From an uncultured Pseudomonadales bacterium (GTDB lineage: Bacteria > Patescibacteriota > Microgenomatia > UBA1400 > CAYXSR01): DNA of 64,000 nucleotides. Shown here in pieces: positions 9,021 to 20,041 of the stretch (positions are counted from its first letter, which is position 1; every line of letters begins with the position of its first letter). The DNA lies in contig CAYXSR010000001.1 of the NCBI GenBank assembly GCA_964467735.1, forward strand, positions 108,839-172,838, read 5' to 3'. The translations under genes and the position numbers were made by a program. The notes under the pieces are model-generated. The model worked only from the letters and a program-made list of their open reading frames with translations. It did no database searches and had not been told where the DNA came from.

Positions 9021-11685
9021 GTTTAAAATATTTACTTAAAAATCTACCAGTATAAGAGTCTTTAGATTTAATTATATCTCCTGGTTTTCCTTGAGCTACG
9101 ATATAACCCCCAGCATTACCACCTTCAGGACCTAAATCAACTATCCAGTCAGCATTTTTAATTACATCCAAATTGTGCTCAATAACCACAACTGAATTCC
9201 CATTATCTACTAGCTTTCTTAAGATTAAAATTAATTTCTTCAAATCATGAAAGTGTAAACCAACAGTCGGTTCATCTAAAATATACAAAGTATTCCCTCT
9301 ACTTGGTTTTACTAATTCTCGAGCTAATTTTAAACGCTGTGATTCCCCACCAGATAAAGTTGGCGATGATTGACCAATTTGAAGATATTCTAAACCAATA
9401 TCCTTTAACTTCTCTAATTTATTTACAATAAAGGAAATAGGTTTAAAAAATTCCAAAGCTTCTTCAATTGTCATTTGTAAAACTTCATAAATATTTTTAC
9501 CATTCCACTCAACCTCTAAGACTTCTTCGATAAATCTTTTTCCATGGCAAACTTCACACTCAACCCAAATGTCTGGTAAAAATTGCATTTCTATTTTAAT
9601 TTCCCCTTGTCCTTGACAAGCTTCACAACGACCGCCTTTATTATTAAAGGAAAAGAAACTTTTATTAAAACCTTTAAATTTTGCTTCTTTTGTTTGAGCA
9701 AACAGGTCTCGAATCTCATTAAAAACTGAAGTATAGGTCGCTGGATTGGAACGAGAAGTTCTTCCAATCGGCGACTGGTCAACCATTAAAACTCTATCTA
9801 AATGCTCTAAACCTGAAATCTTATCAAATTCACCTGGTTTCTTTTCAAATTCTGCATTAAAATACTCTCTTACTGCACGATATAAAGTTTCTTCAATTAA
9901 AGTTGATTTTCCGGAACCAGAAACACCAGAAATACAAACAAAGCTGTTCAAAGGTATTCTAAAATCAATATTTTTTAAATTAAATTGACGACAACCACTA
10001 ATATTTAACCAGGACTGAACTAATTTTTTATTCTTTGGAAAGATAGGAATTTTTTTAACATTTGATAAATACATTCCAGTAAGAGATTTTTTATCATTTA
10101 TGATTTTATTTAAAGTGCCTTGAGCAACTATTTCACCACCCTTCTTACCAGCTAATGGCCCAAAATCAATTATCCAGTCAGCCTCCTTCATTACTTCAAC
10201 ATCATGTTCAATAATAATTGGATTATTACCAATATCACGAAGTCTTTTTAAAGTTTGAATTAATCTTTGGTTATCACGCGGATGTAAACCGACTGTTGGC
10301 TCATCTAAGATATACAAAACACCGGTAAGCCCGGTACCTATCTGAGAGGCTAATCTTATCCGTTGACCTTCACCGGTTGAAAGAGTTCCAGCAGTCCTTG
10401 CTAAATCTAAATAATCTAAACCCACTGCCAAGAGAAATTTTAGTCTTGTTCTTATTTCTTTTAAAATTGGTTTACTTATCTGTTTTTCTTTTTCTGATTT
10501 GATAATTTTTTCAAGCCTTCCAAACCATTCATCTAATTTATCTAAAGACATTAAACTCACTTGATAAATATTTTTATTATCAATAGTGACAGCCAGCGAT
10601 TCTTTTTTTAACCGAGCACCATGACATAAAGAACAAGACTCTTTAATCATTAATTTTTCGATTTCCTTACGAATATATTCAGAACTTGTATTATAATAAG
10701 TTCTCTCTAATCTCAAAGCTCTCCATTCAGGCACTTTACTTCTGTCAATAGTTAATTTTATTCCTAGACCTTTACATTTTTCACAAGCACCAACAGGGGA
10801 ATTAAAACTAAAACTATTTGGTTCAAGCCAAGATATAGAAATGTTGCATTTTGGACAAGCATAATGTTCAGAAAAAAGTTTATCGTGCCATACTTCTGGT
10901 TGATTCGAAAAAGAAAAACTTTTGTCATTAACAAAACTTAAAATCAAAAGTCCATCTGATAACTGAAGCCCTTGGCGAATTGCTTCAAATAAGCGTGAAC
11001 GAATAGATTTAAAATCTTTTAAATTGGAAGAGTTTATAATTAATCTATCTGTAACAACATCAATATTATGTTTATTATTCTTTAGAAGATTAATTTCTTT
11101 TCCCAAATCCATTAAATAATTATCAACCCTTACCAATTCATAGCCTTCTTTAATTAAATTACTAAATAACTTCTCAAAAGTCCCTTTTCTTTCTTTTACT
11201 ACCGGCGATAAAAGATAAATCTTTGCTATTCTTGATTGGCTAATTTCTGTTTTTATTTCTTCTTCTATTTGGTCAACAATTTCCTGAATTGATTGTTGAG
11301 AAATTTCTCGACCACAGGAAGGACAATGTGGATGACCAACCCTGGCAAAAAGCAATCGTAAATAGTCATAAATCTCTGTTACTGTTCCCACTGTTGAACG
11401 AGGATTAGAAGAGATACTTTTTTGATCAATGGCAATACTTGGAGATAAACCCTCGATTAAATCAACATCTGGTCGTCCAGAAGACTGTAAAAACTGTCGA
11501 GCATAAGCAGAAAGGCTTTCCACATATCTTCTCTGTCCTTCTGCATATAAGGTATCAAAAGCCAAAGATGATTTTCCGGAACCAGAAACACCAGTAAAAA
11601 CTACCAATTTATTCTTCGGAATCTCTAAATTGATATTCTTAAGATTATGTTCTCTGGCGCCTTTAATAATTATTTTATCTTTCAT
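9013..11685 (-). CDS. uvrA: excinuclease ABC subunit A
   Basis: GAREHNLKN, two GVSGSGKS Walker A motifs, zinc fingers, [17 protein letters not shown]. Confidence 0.97.
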   Translation of the reverse strand: MKDKIIIKGAREHNLKNINLEIPKNKLVVFTGVSGSGKSSLAFDTLYAEGQRRYVESLSAYARQFLQSSGRPDVDLIEGLSPSIAIDQKSISSNPRSTVGTVTEIYDYLRLLFARVGHPHCPSCGREISQQSIQEIVDQIEEEIKTEISQSRIAKIYLLSPVVKERKGTFEKLFSNLIKEGYELVRVDNYLMDLGKEINLLKNNKHNIDVVTDRLIINSSNLKDFKSIRSRLFEAIRQGLQLSDGLLILSFVNDKSFSFSNQPEVWHDKLFSEHYACPKCNISISWLEPNSFSFNSPVGACEKCKGLGIKLTIDRSKVPEWRALRLERTYYNTSSEYIRKEIEKLMIKESCSLCHGARLKKESLAVTIDNKNIYQVSLMSLDKLDEWFGRLEKIIKSEKEKQISKPILKEIRTRLKFLLAVGLDYLDLARTAGTLSTGEGQRIRLASQIGTGLTGVLYILDEPTVGLHPRDNQRLIQTLKRLRDIGNNPIIIEHDVEVMKEADWIIDFGPLAGKKGGEIVAQGTLNKIINDKKSLTGMYLSNVKKIPIFPKNKKLVQSWLNISGCRQFNLKNIDFRIPLNSFVCISGVSGSGKSTLIEETLYRAVREYFNAEFEKKPGEFDKISGLEHLDRVLMVDQSPIGRTSRSNPATYTSVFNEIRDLFAQTKEAKFKGFNKSFFSFNNKGGRCEACQGQGEIKIEMQFLPDIWVECEVCHGKRFIEEVLEVEWNGKNIYEVLQMTIEEALEFFKPISFIVNKLEKLKDIGLEYLQIGQSSPTLSGGESQRLKLARELVKPSRGNTLYILDEPTVGLHFHDLKKLILILRKLVDNGNSVVVIEHNLDVIKNADWIVDLGPEGGNAGGYIVAQGKPGDIIKSKDSYTGRFLSKYFKHG

Positions 11686-11714
11686 AAAATTAATCCTTAA
11701 TTTTTGAGAATAAA

Positions 11715-11767
11715 AACTCCGCCTCCTGTTAGCAACATATTACTAACATACGGCTGAGTTAATTATA
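11715..11767 (-). promoter_or_regulatory. extended -10 promoter (TGcTATAAT) and long imperfect inverted repeat upstream of uvrA
   Basis: TATAAT at 11762-11767; core IR TGTTAGTAA-tatg-TTGCTAACA at 11727-11748, extended by gcc/ggc and aactc/gagtt, followed by a T-run. Confidence 0.6.
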
Positions 11768-11799
11768 GCAAACAAAGATTTTCTTGTCTTAAAAAGATT

Positions 11800-13794
11800 T
11801 TAATTAGTCTCAATTTCTAATATTTTATCTCTTATTTTTGCTGCTTGTTCAAAATCTAAATTTCTAGCATATTCGCGCATTTCTTTTTCTAGTTTCTTAA
11901 TTAGTTTTTTTCTGTCCTGAGGTGTTAATTGGTTTGGATCAATTTCTTCTTCCTCTTCTATTTCTTTTTCAATCAGCTTTGGTCTTATAGCTTTTTTAAT
12001 TGATTGGGGAGTAATGTTGTTTCTTTTATTATATTCCTGCTGTATTCTCCGTCTTCTTTCTACCTCTGAAATTGCTTGCCTCATTGCTTCACTCTCCTCA
12101 TCGGCATATAAAATCACTTTTCCTTTAACATTTCTAGCCGCCCGCCCCATAATTTGAATTAAACTAGTTTTAGAGCGTAAAAAACCTTGTTTATCTGCCT
12201 CTAAAATCGCTACCAATCCTACTTCTGGTAGGTCCAATCCCTCTCTTAAAAGATTGATTCCTACTAATACATCAAAATTGCCAGATCTTAAATCAGCCAA
12301 AACATCAGTTCTTTTTAGAGTATCAATATCTGAATGAAGGTAGGTAACTTTCAAATCAGTATTGGTTTTACTTGGATCAGATAAATAAGTGGCTAAATCT
12401 TCTGCTAGTCTTTTTGTCAAAGTAATTACCAAACTTCTTTGTCCTTGTTTCTTCTTTTGTTTAATTTGTTCGATTAAGTCTTTCACTTGGTTATCTGCAG
12501 GCAAAATTTTCACTGGTGGGTCTACAAGACCAGTTGGTCTAATAATTTGTTCAACTATTTTTCCATTACTTTTTTGAACCTCCCAATCTCCTGGAGTAGC
12601 CGAAACATAAATCCCTTGGGGAATTCTAGCCAAGATTTCATTAAACTTTAACGGTCGATTATCTAAACAAGAAGGAAGCCGAAAACCAAAATCAATAAGA
12701 TTTTCTTTCCGAGCAAGATCACCATAAAACATCCCTCGTAATTGAGGAATTGTTACATGAGATTCATCAACAACAACCAAAAATTTATCTTTATATTTGT
12801 AATTAAAATAGTCTAGTAAAGAATATGGTGGGTCGCCAGGATTACGACCATCAAAATATCGCGAATAATTTTCAATTCCATTAACATATCCAGTCTCGGC
12901 AATCATTTGTAAATCATAATTAACTCTTTTTTCGATCCTCTGAGCTTCTACTATTTTCCCTTGCTTTTTAAATAGACTTACTTGTCTTCCCTTTTCATCT
13001 TTAATAGTCTTAAAAATATTTCCTAAATCACCGGAAGCAGTTAAAAAATGTTTCGCCGGATAAATAGCGGTTGTCTCTTTTTCTTTTATTCTTTTATTAT
13101 TTAAACTAGCTATTTCAATTTTCTTAATCTTATTATTGTCAAAATAAATTTTAATAATTCTATCATCTGAATAAGGAAGAAAAATATCCAAACGATTTTG
13201 TCGTTGTCTAAAAGTTCCCGGTAAAAAATCAGCTGTTGCTCGCTGGTAGTAAAGTTCCACTAGTCGCTGGCCAACGGAAAACAAATCTTGCCTGTCACCT
13301 TTTTTTAACAGAATCGTTTGTTCTTTATATATTCCTGGGGCGCCAATATTATAAATACAAGAAACTGAAGCAATTACAATATTTCGAGGATAAGCAAAAA
13401 TATCGCTAGTAGCTTGAAGTCTTAACTGTTCAATTAGAGGGTTTATATCTACTTCTTTGGTAATATATGTATCAGATGCTGGAAGATAGGCCTCCGGTTG
13501 ATAATAATCATAATAAGAAACAAAATAAGAAACTGGATTGTTAGGAAAGAATTCTTTTAATTCTTGATAAAGTTGAGCCGCTAAAGTTTTATTGTGAGAA
13601 ATTATTAAAGTTGGTAACTGGCTTTCTTCGATTACCTTAGCAATAGTAAAAGTTTTACCACTGCCAGTAACTCCTAGCAATACTTGGTGTCTTTCTCCTT
13701 CTTCAAGTCCCTTTTTTAAAATTTCAATTGCTCGGGGTTGATCACCTCTTGGTTTAAATTTTGATTTTATTTTAAATTTATCCATACTTACCAA
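11800..13794 (-). CDS. uvrB: excinuclease ABC subunit B
   Basis: GVTGSGKT, YFVSYYDYYQPEAY, DESH, INLLREGLDLPEV, C-terminal UVR domain. Confidence 0.97.
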   Translation of the reverse strand: MVSMDKFKIKSKFKPRGDQPRAIEILKKGLEEGERHQVLLGVTGSGKTFTIAKVIEESQLPTLIISHNKTLAAQLYQELKEFFPNNPVSYFVSYYDYYQPEAYLPASDTYITKEVDINPLIEQLRLQATSDIFAYPRNIVIASVSCIYNIGAPGIYKEQTILLKKGDRQDLFSVGQRLVELYYQRATADFLPGTFRQRQNRLDIFLPYSDDRIIKIYFDNNKIKKIEIASLNNKRIKEKETTAIYPAKHFLTASGDLGNIFKTIKDEKGRQVSLFKKQGKIVEAQRIEKRVNYDLQMIAETGYVNGIENYSRYFDGRNPGDPPYSLLDYFNYKYKDKFLVVVDESHVTIPQLRGMFYGDLARKENLIDFGFRLPSCLDNRPLKFNEILARIPQGIYVSATPGDWEVQKSNGKIVEQIIRPTGLVDPPVKILPADNQVKDLIEQIKQKKKQGQRSLVITLTKRLAEDLATYLSDPSKTNTDLKVTYLHSDIDTLKRTDVLADLRSGNFDVLVGINLLREGLDLPEVGLVAILEADKQGFLRSKTSLIQIMGRAARNVKGKVILYADEESEAMRQAISEVERRRRIQQEYNKRNNITPQSIKKAIRPKLIEKEIEEEEEIDPNQLTPQDRKKLIKKLEKEMREYARNLDFEQAAKIRDKILEIETN

Positions 13795-16682
13795 ACAGGA
13801 CAGATTATTTTAAATGGACAGAAGTCGCAAAATGGTCCAGGAGTAGGATTAAAATTAGATTCTTTAATTTCTTCTGCTTTTTTAACTATTTCTTTTTTTG
13901 TTTGTTTTATTTGATCTTCTACCCTTTGAGTAGAGATTTTTTCTTGAGTTTCAAAAAAATAGAACGATAGTATTATGTTTTCTGGTTTTTGATTATAAAG
14001 TCCTGGGTCGGTAGCAGCCATCGCATAAAGAGTCATTTGTAAATCTTTATCAACTTCTTTCTTGCTCGCTAAACGACCAGTTTTATAGTCAATAATTTCT
14101 ATTTTTCCATCACTAAGCTTATCAATACGATCAATTCTACCACCTACTTTCAAACTTGGAGAAATTTTTAAAGTAAATGTTTGTTCTAAAGCAATCGGAT
14201 TATCTTCTTTCTTATAAGTTTTATTAAAAAATTCTATTAAAATCTTTTCCGCTCGTTGATACATTCTTTGTTCATGAGCTTTAGAATTATAACCTTCTTT
14301 TTGCCAATATTTTTTTAGTAATCCTATTAATTTATCTTTACTAACTGTAATACCGTCTCTAACTTGTTGATAAAAATCTTTTAAAACATTATGGATAGAG
14401 GTTCCAAAAGCCGCCGCCGCAAAAGTAGGTACGGGAATTTGTAAAAAATATTTATATTTATATTGCAACGGACACATTTTAAAAGTTTCTATTTGGGAAT
14501 AAGAAAGGAAATTTACTGGATAGATTATGTTTTGATTAATTAAAGTAGATTTTGTTTGTTTTACTGGTTGAAAATCAAAAATAGAAAGTTGACTTTCTTC
14601 TATATTTTTAATTTGGAGAGAATTTTTTATTTGTTCTATACCTAAAGTTTCATAAACAAAAGGAGAAATCTTTTTAATTCTTTTTGCTTCTCCGTAATAT
14701 TTAGATGCGGTAAGAAAAAGGAGATCTTTTGCTCTGGTCATCCCTACATAAAATAAACGCCGTTCTTCCTGCTCGTGAGAATCTCCTTCTGGTAAAACCT
14801 CTTCAATTAAATCATCTGGTATTGGAATTTGATCTTTCCTATCTCTTGTTGGAAAACGATCAGAAACTAAATTAACAATAAAGACTATTGGGAATTCCAA
14901 ACCTTTAGAGCTATGAATGGTTAAAATATTTACTTTATTTTCTTCTGTCCAATCATTATCTGAAGCTAAAGGAGACTCACCCATTTCTATTTTTAAATTA
15001 ATCCAATCAACTATTGCCTCAATACTATTATCTTCATGGTCCACTTCATAACTTTTTAATTTATTAAAAAATTTAGTAATATTTTCTGTTTTTTGTTGTT
15101 CCTTTTCTGTTTTTGGTTCTGCTAATTGCTGAAGTAGGCCAGAATCTTGAAGAAAATAGTAACTTATTTGACCACCAGTTTCTGTAGCAATTAATTTTAA
15201 ATGGCGATGAATCATGTCAACGAGCTTTTTAATTTTTTCTTTATTTTCTGAAGAAATAAAAAGTTTATCAGCTTGTTCGGCGGCCTCAAAAAAAGAAATA
15301 TTCATTTTCTTACTAAAATTCTTCAAAGCAGCGATATCCCGACTAGAAATATCAAAAACTGGTAACGATAAAACTCTAAAAAAAGAGACATTATCTTCAA
15401 AGTTATATAAAACTCTAAGATAAGCTATTAGATCTTTTACTTCATCTTGTCGGAAAAGTTTTCCTGGTCCTAAAAATTGAAAAGGAATACCATTTCTCAG
15501 AAAAGAGCTAACAAATGGTTCGGCATGATTGTTAGCTCTAACCAGAATAGCAATTTCTCCATACTTATATTGGCTTTTTTGATTAACAAGTTTTTTAATT
15601 TCTTTCACTACCGTATCGGCTTCATCTTCAACCCTATTACGAAATAAAAATTTAATTTCTTCTCCCTTAATCCGTCGATTAGATACTAATTTTTTATCGA
15701 TATTCTCTTTTACTTCCAAACGGTCAGGATTATTATTTTGAATCAATTTATATGCTTTATTTAGAATTTCTTGGGTTGAACGATAATTCTTTGTCAAGCT
15801 TATAATTTTAGTTTTGGGGTATTCCTGTTTAAATTGTAAAACATTAGAAATTGCTGCTCCTCGCCACTTATAGATAGATTGATCATCATCAGCAACAACA
15901 GTAAGATTGGCTTTTGTCCCAGCTAAAAGTATAACTAATTTATTTTGAGCAACATTTGTATCTTGAAACTCATCGACCAAAATATATTTGAATTTTTGTT
16001 GATATTTTTTCAAAATATTCTTTCTTTTTCTAAATAAATTTAGAGTATGAGTAATTAAATCGGCGAAGTCCATTAATCCTTCTTTTACTTTTAGTTCTTG
16101 GTACTTTCGATAGGCTTTAACCAACTCTAAATCTTTTTTAATCTCCTCTTTTTCTTTACTAGACTTTTTTTGTTGCTTCTCTAACCAATCAGAATATTTT
16201 TTTGGAGAAATGTCTTCATCTCTCAAACGATTGAAGTGAACTAAAAGGCCATTTAAAAATCTTGTCGGATTACCGGCTGGGCGATAATAATCAAGTTCAA
16301 AATCAAAAAGGTGCTTTTTCAAAAATAAAAGTGTCTCTGCTTCGGTCATCAAGGAATAATGAGGATCTAAACCAATATTTAATGCCTCATCGCGCAAAAC
16401 TCGATCACAAAATGCATGGAAAGTAGAAATCCACATTTGAAAACAACCCAAAGGCATAATTTCATCCACTCTTTGCTCCATCTCCAAAGCTGCTTTCTCG
16501 GTAAAAGTCAACGCTAAAATTTCTGACGGTTTGGCAATTTTTGAAGAAATTAAATGTTTTATTCTTTCGGTAACTACAGTGGTTTTTCCTGTACCAGCAC
16601 CAGCAATGATTAATAGTGGCCCTCGACCATACTTTATTGCTTGAAGCTGTTGTTGATTCAAAACCTTATTATCATCAACCAT
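13788..16682 (-). CDS. UvrD-type SF1 helicase fused to a C-terminal PD-(D/E)xK nuclease with a 4-Cys Fe-S staple (AddA/AdnAB-like)
   Basis: AGAGTGKT, VDEFQD, EERRLFYVGMTRA; LSYSQI..F..CP, GRIDRID, IIDYKTG, Q...Y, CDFCPFKIIC. Confidence 0.88.
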   Translation of the reverse strand: MVDDNKVLNQQQLQAIKYGRGPLLIIAGAGTGKTTVVTERIKHLISSKIAKPSEILALTFTEKAALEMEQRVDEIMPLGCFQMWISTFHAFCDRVLRDEALNIGLDPHYSLMTEAETLLFLKKHLFDFELDYYRPAGNPTRFLNGLLVHFNRLRDEDISPKKYSDWLEKQQKKSSKEKEEIKKDLELVKAYRKYQELKVKEGLMDFADLITHTLNLFRKRKNILKKYQQKFKYILVDEFQDTNVAQNKLVILLAGTKANLTVVADDDQSIYKWRGAAISNVLQFKQEYPKTKIISLTKNYRSTQEILNKAYKLIQNNNPDRLEVKENIDKKLVSNRRIKGEEIKFLFRNRVEDEADTVVKEIKKLVNQKSQYKYGEIAILVRANNHAEPFVSSFLRNGIPFQFLGPGKLFRQDEVKDLIAYLRVLYNFEDNVSFFRVLSLPVFDISSRDIAALKNFSKKMNISFFEAAEQADKLFISSENKEKIKKLVDMIHRHLKLIATETGGQISYYFLQDSGLLQQLAEPKTEKEQQKTENITKFFNKLKSYEVDHEDNSIEAIVDWINLKIEMGESPLASDNDWTEENKVNILTIHSSKGLEFPIVFIVNLVSDRFPTRDRKDQIPIPDDLIEEVLPEGDSHEQEERRLFYVGMTRAKDLLFLTASKYYGEAKRIKKISPFVYETLGIEQIKNSLQIKNIEESQLSIFDFQPVKQTKSTLINQNIIYPVNFLSYSQIETFKMCPLQYKYKYFLQIPVPTFAAAAFGTSIHNVLKDFYQQVRDGITVSKDKLIGLLKKYWQKEGYNSKAHEQRMYQRAEKILIEFFNKTYKKEDNPIALEQTFTLKISPSLKVGGRIDRIDKLSDGKIEIIDYKTGRLASKKEVDKDLQMTLYAMAATDPGLYNQKPENIILSFYFFETQEKISTQRVEDQIKQTKKEIVKKAEEIKESNFNPTPGPFCDFCPFKIICPVW

Positions 16683-16683
16683 C

Positions 16684-17751
16684 TTAAGTTTCTTTTTTTA
16701 ATTGCTTAAATTCTTTTTCCGTATCTGCCTCTGATAGGGCTTGAGTAGAAGAAAGTTTTTGACCTAATAAAGAAAAGTTTTGTAGAACGTTAGAAAATTG
16801 ATTATAAGCATTATTAAGATGTTTGCCTAAAACTTGTAAAACTCCTTCTGTTTTTTCATAGTCTTTTTGGATTGCTCTTAAAAGTCGGAAGACTTGGCGC
16901 GAACGAGTTTCGATTTTCTTTCCTTCAAATGATAAAAGAATCATTTGAAGATGAGCATATAATGTTGTTGGCGAAACAGGATAAACACGATAGTGACGAG
17001 CAAGATCAGTAATATCAGAGATATTAACAATCTCATAATATACTGGCTCTGAAGGTATATACATTAGAGCAAAATCCATTGTTCCTTCTTCTGGTAGAAT
17101 ATATTTCTTCGAAATATCTTTTATGTGTTTTCTTACATCAGAAACAAAAACTTTTCTTATTTTATCTCTTTCTCCTTTTGTTTCCGCTTTAATCATCCTT
17201 TGAAAATTTTCCATTGGAAATTTAGAATCAATTGACAAAATACCAGCATCTGTTTTTAAAGCCGCATCTACTTTTTCTCCACTTTTAAAACTATATTGAA
17301 GATGAAAACTATTTTTGGGAAACATCTGGGAAATTAAATCTTTTAAAACTTCTTCACCAATATTTCCTCTAAGTTTGGGACTTTTTAAAAATTCTTGAAG
17401 ATCTTTCATTGATCGACCGATTTCACTCATCTGACCGACTTCTTTAGCAACTTTAGAAATATAATGAGCGGCATTATCTAAACGCTCATTCATTGCTTTA
17501 GTTGATTGATGAAGAGTATCAGAAATATTTTTATTAGTTAAATTGAGAACGTCCTGTAAGGTCCTTGATTGGCTTTGAAGTCCTCTTTGTAAATTATTAG
17601 TCCCTTTTTGTAAAGTCTCAATTACCCTTAAGAGGTTTTCATCAGTTTTATTATCTTTTACCAATTGTGTTAACTTACGACTAATAAACCATGTAAAAAT
17701 AGCTAAAGCAGAAATTATTAAAGCAACAATAAGATAAATTTCATTAGTCAT
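16684..17751 (-). CDS. rmuC: DNA recombination protein RmuC
   Basis: N-terminal TM and coiled coil; RGNIGE, IDSKFP, KYI, DFALMYIPSE, VSPTTL. Confidence 0.9.
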   Translation of the reverse strand: MTNEIYLIVALIISALAIFTWFISRKLTQLVKDNKTDENLLRVIETLQKGTNNLQRGLQSQSRTLQDVLNLTNKNISDTLHQSTKAMNERLDNAAHYISKVAKEVGQMSEIGRSMKDLQEFLKSPKLRGNIGEEVLKDLISQMFPKNSFHLQYSFKSGEKVDAALKTDAGILSIDSKFPMENFQRMIKAETKGERDKIRKVFVSDVRKHIKDISKKYILPEEGTMDFALMYIPSEPVYYEIVNISDITDLARHYRVYPVSPTTLYAHLQMILLSFEGKKIETRSRQVFRLLRAIQKDYEKTEGVLQVLGKHLNNAYNQFSNVLQNFSLLGQKLSSTQALSEADTEKEFKQLKKET

Positions 17752-17777
17752 ATAATTTATTATACAATGAAAAAGAG

Positions 17778-18113
17778 ATGGCTAAAAGAAAACAAAAGAA
17801 TTTTTTCTTAACTCTTATTTTTTTAATCTTGTTTTGGCTAATCCAAATCTTTATCATTTTCTTTATAGAACCAGAGACTATCAGAGACCTTCCTTTTCCT
17901 GGTTCTTATTTTTTATTTTTTCTTAATCTATTTTTAGCTCTTTTTTTCACTTTTGCTCTTCTGTTTGCCAATTCAAGAACCGGCTTTTTGTTCTCCTTAG
18001 GAATAACAATTTTTTTATTCCTAAGAGTTCATCAACTAGGTAATATTTTAAATTTAATATTAATTGTCGGAATTATTACTGTTTTAGAAATTTACTTCCG
18101 ACGGAGAAATTGA
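17778..18113 (+). CDS. small four-TM hypothetical membrane protein
   Basis: 111-aa hydrophobic ORF divergent from rmuC. Confidence 0.7.
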   Translation: MAKRKQKNFFLTLIFLILFWLIQIFIIFFIEPETIRDLPFPGSYFLFFLNLFLALFFTFALLFANSRTGFLFSLGITIFLFLRVHQLGNILNLILIVGIITVLEIYFRRRN

Positions 18114-18165
18114 TATAGTAAAATTATCTACTTTAAATAATTAAACTGCCAAGAAAGGATATCAA

Positions 18166-18540
18166 ATGCAAATTTCAAAATCAAGACTCTCTAGAACAAT
18201 AAAAGAGCAAATTTTAATTAACCTTTTTCAGGTTTTTACTGATCTAAATACAATCGAAGATGTTAAAAGTTTTATGGAATCTTTTTATTCAAAAGATGAA
18301 ATAATTACGGCGGCTAAACGTTTAGCAGTTGCTTGTTCTTTAGAAAAAGGAGACTCTTACGAAGAAATCAAAAATATGTTCCGGGTCTCTAGCGCTACTA
18401 TTGCAAATGTCGATAAAATAAAAAATCAAAACAAGAAAGGTTTTAATATTGCCTTTGAAAGACTTGAAGCAGAACATTGGGCGGGTGAATTGGCCAAGAA
18501 AATCTCTAACACTGTTGGTAAAATAATAAAGAAGGATTAA
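18166..18540 (+). CDS. TrpR-like (YerC/YecD) helix-turn-helix protein
   Basis: E....AKRLAVA..L..G.SY..I.....VSSATI pattern. Confidence 0.8.
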   Translation: MQISKSRLSRTIKEQILINLFQVFTDLNTIEDVKSFMESFYSKDEIITAAKRLAVACSLEKGDSYEEIKNMFRVSSATIANVDKIKNQNKKGFNIAFERLEAEHWAGELAKKISNTVGKIIKKD

Positions 18541-18543
18541 TTT

Positions 18544-19998
18544 ATGGCTGAAAAAAAGTTTTATATTACTACTGCTATTCCATATGTGAACGCTGCTCCT
18601 CATCTTGGTTTTGCTCTTGAGATTATTCAAGCTGATGTTGTCGCTCGTTATCACCGACTTTTAGGAGAGAATGTTTTCTTTTTAGCAGGTACTGATGAAA
18701 ACGCTTTAAAAAATGTCCAAGCTGCTGAAAAAGAAGGTATTAGTCCGAAACAATTAGTTGATAAATATTCAGCTCGATTTAAAGCTTTAAAACAGGCTCT
18801 TAATCTCTCATTTGATGATTTCATTAGGACTACCGAAAAAAGACATTTTAAAGGATCACAGAAATTCTGGAAGGCTTGTCAAAAAGATATTTATAAAAAA
18901 ATTTACAAAGGTTGGTATTGTGTTGGCTGTGAAGAATTTAAAACTAAAAAGGACCTAATCAATGGTACATGTCCTGAACATCCTAATAAAAATCTAGAGC
19001 TAATTGAAGAAGAAAATTATTTTTTTAGACTATCTAAATATCAAAAACAACTAGAAAAACTTATTAAAAAAGATAAACTTAAAATTGTTCCCCTAGAGAG
19101 AAAAAATGAAATTCTTCAGTTTATCAAAACCGGACTAAAGGATTTTTCTATTTCCCGATCTTTTGAAAGAGCTAAGGGCTGGGGAATTCCTGTACCAAAT
19201 GATGAACAACAAATTATTTATGTTTGGTTTGATGCTTTAATCAATTATGTCACTGCTTTAGGTTATGCCAGTAATAGTAAATTATTCAAAAAATTTTGGC
19301 TAGAAAACAACAATATTCTTCATTGTATTGGTAAAGGAATTATCCGTTTTCATGCTGTTTACTGGCCAGCAATGTTAATGTCGGCTGGATTACCCCTCCC
19401 TAAAGAAGAATTGATACATGGGTACGTTACAATTAATGGTCAAAAAATATCTAAATCTTTAGGTAATGTCATTGATCCTTTTGAATTAGTTAAAAAATAT
19501 GGCACTGATGCTGTTCGTTATTATCTTTTAAAGGAAATTCCTTCCACTAAAGATGGCGATTTTACAATTGCTCATTTTGAAGAAGTTTACAATGCTGATT
19601 TGGCTAATGGTTTAGGAAACTTAGTCCAAAGAGTAGCTGTTTTAGCAGAAAAGGCTGGATTGAAAGGGTTTAAGAAACAAAAAGATATTATTGATCAAAT
19701 TGATATTGCTAATTTTATGGATAATTTTGATTTTCATCAGGTGTTAATTTATATTTGGGGTTACATGTCTGGATTAGATAGATATATCAACAAAGAACGG
19801 CCTTGGGAAAAATCTGGAAATGATGCTATAAAAATTTTATCTAAAATTATTGTTGCCGATGAAGGCTGTCGAGGAATTTTAAATATCGCTAGTCTGATTT
19901 CTCCCTTTTTACCAGAAACTGCTCAAAGAATTGAAGAAATATTTACTGCTCAAAGAATTGAAGCACCAAAAAAACCTCTTTTTCCTCGCTTACACTAA
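18544..19998 (+). CDS. metG: methionine--tRNA ligase (short form)
   Basis: YITTAIPYVNAAPHLG, GTDEN, Zn knuckle, YVWFDAL.NY, KISKS. Confidence 0.95.
   Translation: MAEKKFYITTAIPYVNAAPHLGFALEIIQADVVARYHRLLGENVFFLAGTDENALKNVQAAEKEGISPKQLVDKYSARFKALKQALNLSFDDFIRTTEKRHFKGSQKFWKACQKDIYKKIYKGWYCVGCEEFKTKKDLINGTCPEHPNKNLELIEEENYFFRLSKYQKQLEKLIKKDKLKIVPLERKNEILQFIKTGLKDFSISRSFERAKGWGIPVPNDEQQIIYVWFDALINYVTALGYASNSKLFKKFWLENNNILHCIGKGIIRFHAVYWPAMLMSAGLPLPKEELIHGYVTINGQKISKSLGNVIDPFELVKKYGTDAVRYYLLKEIPSTKDGDFTIAHFEEVYNADLANGLGNLVQRVAVLAEKAGLKGFKKQKDIIDQIDIANFMDNFDFHQVLIYIWGYMSGLDRYINKERPWEKSGNDAIKILSKIIVADEGCRGILNIASLISPFLPETAQRIEEIFTAQRIEAPKKPLFPRLH
19918..19963 (+). repeat. 19-bp direct repeat with 27-bp period at the metG 3' end
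   Basis: actgctcaaagaattgaag at 19918-19936 and 19945-19963 (TAQRIE twice). Confidence 0.85.
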
Positions 19999-20041
19999 TT
20001 CATCTTTAAGTTATCTTGTTAAAGTGAGAAAATAATATATT

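Noticed and set aside
9904-11594. 26-bp exact repeat at 9904-9929 and 11569-11594
   Set aside because: Both encode the GVSGSGKS Walker A of uvrA; protein constraint and codon bias suffice, though micro-conversion cannot be excluded
13788-14500. Cas4-like four-Cys nuclease suggesting a CRISPR locus
   Set aside because: It is the C-terminal domain of the UvrD fusion; no repeat-spacer array or other cas genes are visible
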